From assembly GCA_963809655.1 (NCBI GenBank), contig CAWEKQ010000047.1, positions 2,523-66,522 on the forward strand: a stretch of 64,000 nt of DNA, in the 5' to 3' direction. Both the position numbers and the translations under genes were made by a program. This stretch comes from Terriglobia bacterium. Lineage in GTDB: Bacteria > Acidobacteriota > Terriglobia > Bryobacterales > Bryobacteraceae. The notes beneath the pieces are model-generated. The model was not told the origin of the DNA, ran no database searches, and saw nothing but the letters and a program-made list of their open reading frames with translations. Below are positions 60,612-64,000 of the stretch, piece after piece; within the stretch, counting starts at the first letter, position 1, and each line of letters opens with the position of its first letter.

Positions 60612-61399
60612 GTGGACCTCGAAAAAACTCTGCTCCGGAAAGTCGGCGAAGCAATTCACCGCTTCAAGATGATCCGCGATGGCGATCGCATCGCCGTCGC
60701 CGTCTCCGGCGGCAAAGACTCCGTTACGATGCTCGAAGCGCTCCTTCTCATGCAGAAGCGCGCCCCCATCGATTTCTCCGTCTGCGCCTTCACCGTTGAG
60801 CAGGGAAAGTTCCTCCGCCCCGTCGAACCCGTCGGCGAATACATCCGCAGCCTCGGCAGTCGACTGGACCTATCACACCGACAACCCCTCCGTCCGCCTC
60901 CTCACCGAAAAGCCCGACCACGGCTGCGACCTCTGCAGCCGCTTCCGCCGCCGCGCCGTCTACGAAATCGCCCGCGCGCCTCGGCGCCAACGTAATCGCC
61001 TTCGGCCACACCGCCGACGATTTCTGCGAGTCCCTCTTCCGCAACATCATGTATACCGGCCGCCTGAGCTCTCTGCCGCCGGTCACATACTCGCGCGAAC
61101 GCGATTTCCGCCTGATTCGCCCCCTGGTCTACGTCTCCGAAGAAATCACCCACGCCTATGTCGAGAGCAAAGGCGTGCCCGTCGTCCCCTGCGGCTGCTC
61201 CCTCCGCACCGGCACCGTCCGCCGCAGCATTCGCGAAACCATCGCCGATTGGGAAACCGAGCACCCGCACATCCGCGAAAACATCCTCTCCGCGATGGGC
61301 AATATCCAGCACGGAAGATTGCTCGACACGCGTTATCTCAATGAGTCCGGCCAGACCGACTCCGAGCCCGAACTCCTCCACGTCCTCAACAACAATTGA
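60612..61399 (+). pseudogene. ttcA: PP-loop ATPase, tRNA 2-thiocytidine synthetase TtcA-like, two frameshifts
   Basis: ORFs 60519..60995 (GTG at 60612; IAVAVSGGKDS), 60679..61344 (..TEKPDHGCDLCSRFRRRAVYEIA) and 61049..61399 (..RLIRPLVYVSEEIT..VVPCGCSL..). Confidence 0.8.
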
Positions 61400-63182
61400 A
61401 TGTCCGTTCTCTTAACCTGCGATGCCATCGGCAAATCCTTTGGCTCGCGCACCGTATTCTCTGATATCTCCCTCAGCCTCCACGACGGCGAGCGCCTCGG
61501 CGTCATCGGACCCAACGGGGCAGGGAAGTCCACCTTCCTCCGCATCCTCGGCGGCAACATGTCGGCCGACGACGGCACCGTCTCCACCCGCAAAGGCGTG
61601 CGCCTCGCCATGGTCGAGCAGGATCCCCGCTTCGACCCCGACCGAACCGTGCGCGAAGTAATCACCGCCTCCGCGCACGAGAGCGACGAAACCGAAATCG
61701 AGGTCTCGAAAATCATTTCGCGCGTGGGCTTCGACGATCCCGCCGCCAAAGCCGGCACCTTGTCGGGCGGATGGCGGAAGCGCCTGGCCATCGCCGTCGC
61801 CCTCGCCGAAAAACCCGACGTGCTGCTTCTCGACGAACCCACCAACCACCTCGACGTCGAAGGCATTCTCTGGCTCGAGAAACTCGTCGCGACGGCTTCC
61901 TTCGCCTCCGTCTTCGTAACCCACGACCGCTACTTCCTCGAAAACTGCTCCACGCGCGTCGCCGAAATCAATCGCGCCTATCCCCTCGGACTCTTTTCCG
62001 CCCCCGGCAACTACAGCAAGTTCCTCGAAAAGCGGTCGCGAATTCCTGCGCGCGCAGGCCAAGGAACAGCAGGCGCTGGAAAATCTCGTCCAACGCGAAA
62101 TCGAGTGGCTGCGCCGCGGCGCCAAAGCCCGCACCTCAAAATCGAAAGCCCGCATCGACGACGCCTTCGCCCTTCAGGACCAGCTCGCCGACGTCAGTTC
62201 GCGCAATCGCAAAGGCACTACGTCAATCGATTTCACCGCCACCGGACGCATGACGAAACGCCTCCTCGCCTGCGAAGGCATTTCGAAAAGCATGGGCGGC
62301 CGCCTGCTCTTCGAGGGGCTCACCTTCGCCCTCGGCCCCGCCGTAAAGCTCGGCGTGCTCGGCGCCAACGGCAGCGGCAAATCGACGCTCCTGCGCATCC
62401 TCGCCGGCGAAATCGAATCGGATACCGGCGAAGTGCGCCGCGCCGAAGGACTGCGCGTCGCTTGGTTCGACCAGAATCGCGACAAGCTCGACCTCGACCA
62501 GCCCTTGCGCCGCGCGCTCGCCCCCGAAGGCGGCGACACCGTGATCTTCCGCGACCGCCCGCAGCACGTCGCCGGCTGGGCCGCGCGCTTTCTCTTCCGT
62601 CAGGACCAGCTCGATCTGCCCCTGAACCGTCTCTCCGGAGGCGAACGTGCGCGTGTCCATATCGCGCGCCTGATGTTGCAGCCGGCCGACGTGCTGCTTC
62701 TCGACGAGCCGACCAATGATCTGGATATCCCGACGCTCGAAGTCCTCGAAAGCAATCTCCTCGACTTCCCCGGCGCGATTGTGCTGGTGACTCACGACCG
62801 CTTCCTGCTGGACCGGCTCTCGAAGGCGGTCTTAGCCATGGATGGAGACGGCGGAGTGGAATTCTTCGCCGAACTAGCGCAATGGGAGCAGGCGAACGCC
62901 GCAAAGAAAGCCCCACCGAAGACCGCCGCGCGCGACAAACGCGACCCCGCCCCGCCGAAGAAGAAACTGACTTATCTCGAAACCCGCGAATGGGAGCAGA
63001 TTGAGGACAAGGTGGCGCAAGCCGAAGAGGTACTCGAAGCGAAGCGCCAACAACTCGAACTGCCCGAGGTTGTCTCCGACCCCGCCCGCCTTACGCAAGC
63101 TGCTGCCGAGATCGATCAAGCCCAGGAAGAAGTGGACACGCTCTACGCCCGCTGGGCCGAACTCGAAGCCAAACGAGCTTAA
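61400..63182 (+). pseudogene. ABC-F family ATPase (two ABC domains, coiled C-terminus), one frameshift near 62035
   Basis: ORF 61400..62719 is sensible to ..NYSKFLEKRS (GPNGAGKST, LSGGWRKR, LLLDEPTNHLD). The frame of 62250..63182 then carries EFLRAQAKEQQALENL.., GANGSGKST, LSGGERAR and LLLDEPTNDLD. Confidence 0.88.
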
Positions 63183-63285
63183 GGCACCCGAAGTCCGCCG
63201 AGTATCCGCTCGATGGACAAAGTCAGCATGGTGCAGTCCACATGCGAGCCGTTGACGAAACAAACAGCCAGCTCCGAACGATAGG

Positions 63286-64000
63286 CTATGCTTGGCCCTT
63301 GCGTGTCATGCCCAATGCGTACCGATAGATCTCGGGAACGCGATATCGCTCGACCCTATCCTCCGTCCCCTCGTAGATCCCAATGAGCCCGACCTCACGT
63401 GCAAGTATGAGGGCTTCCCCCAAGTTTTTCAATTCTTCAGAAGCTACCGGCGTCCGGCCAATTTCCTGCAGCTTGCGCAACAACAAATCCAGCTCCGGAA
63501 ATTCTTCCCTTAAGGCGTCTAGCGCCTGGCCTGAGACCGCTGGTAGGGACTGAATAAACGACCGAGGCCTAAGCATACTCCGGTCGTAGAGAACCTTCTT
63601 TTGTTCCACTCTTTCTACGCTGACAACCTCCTTGAATAATTGCAGCAGATACCGGGGTGTATGGTCTTCGTTGGCGTCGGCAAGTCTGTTCCAAACCCAA
63701 TTTCGGGTGAAAGCAGTTTTCTCACCTTTCATACGTTCTCCAACAAGCGTGTGCCAAGCGAGTATCACTTCGCGATCGGACCATTCATCTAGTCGGCTCA
63801 TATCAGCGGATCTTACACTCGTCTCAAGGGCCTGTTTGAATGTCGGCGACCTGAGGCCTGCTTTAGCACGATCTTGTAGTACGCGGCCTGATCACTCCAA
63901 TCCATCTTGAAGTCCCACCCGACCGAAAAGGTGGCTCTTGTTTTCGAAGCGCAGTTTTCGCCAGATATCTTCTCGTAATACCACCTTGAATTTGATATGA
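63286..64000 (-). pseudogene. 3' part of a larger gene running off the right edge (possible NTPase-associated C-terminal region), frameshifted, lower GC
   Basis: ORF 63286..63801 (MSRLDEWSDREVILAWHTLVGERMKGEKTAF..). Upstream shifted frames read ..KFKVVLREDIWRKLRFENKSHLFGRVGLQDGL and EWSDQAAYYKIVLKQA. The family is not recognised with confidence. Confidence 0.35.

Noticed and set aside
1-64000. Searched by eye for CRISPR arrays, rRNA and tRNA genes, especially next to the integrases (1588-3650).
   Set aside because: No regularly spaced direct repeats, no tRNA-like cloverleaf or CCA-end candidates, and no rRNA-like conserved stretches were seen. The only short dispersed repeat (GAGCCGCGAC...) is kilobases apart and not array-like.

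Overview
High-GC (about 60% by eye) chromosomal segment. Its family content looks Acidobacteria-like (VWFA-related acidobacterial domain protein, TIGR03790-type protein, CarboxypepD_reg protein, DUF6152-type protein); this taxon call is inference from remembered family distributions. Bases 0.5-37.7 kb form a glycan (O-antigen/EPS-type) biosynthesis island. At its left end sit a complete IS1595-family element and two tyrosine recombinases, one decayed and one intact. The island carries Wzx-type flippase and Wzy/O-antigen-ligase-type genes, five glycosyltransferases, WecB, PIG-L and NodB-type deacetylases, seven methyltransferases and a GT-C-like membrane protein. Its most unusual part is two tail-to-tail FkbH-like/acyl-carrier-protein modules with a MaoC-SDR fusion and two large GNAT-type proteins, with no PKS/NRPS genes in the window. 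A complete IS1182/IS5-type element lies between a GT gene and the flippase. A three-gene operon of signal-peptide proteins follows the flippase. Bases 37.7-64 kb are mixed. They hold a secreted-protein trio, a YtrA-type GntR/ABC operon with a perfect palindromic operator, ApaG, two decayed toxin-antitoxin loci (one hit by an IS4/IS5-type element), AlkA-like, VWA, RfbD, LysR and a MoxR-type AAA+ ATPase with a large partner. They also hold a PQQ dehydrogenase with an in-frame TAG, a decayed IS110-family transposase with structured flanks, TtcA, an ABC-F protein and a lower-GC partial gene at the right edge. No rRNA, tRNA or CRISPR array was found. About 35 of about 60 genes need one or more frameshifts (or a stop bypass) to give the expected protein, while several 3-kb blocks are clean. 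I report such genes as full-span pseudogenes, but consensus error cannot be excluded from sequence alone. All family names come from motif recognition by eye; no database search was run.
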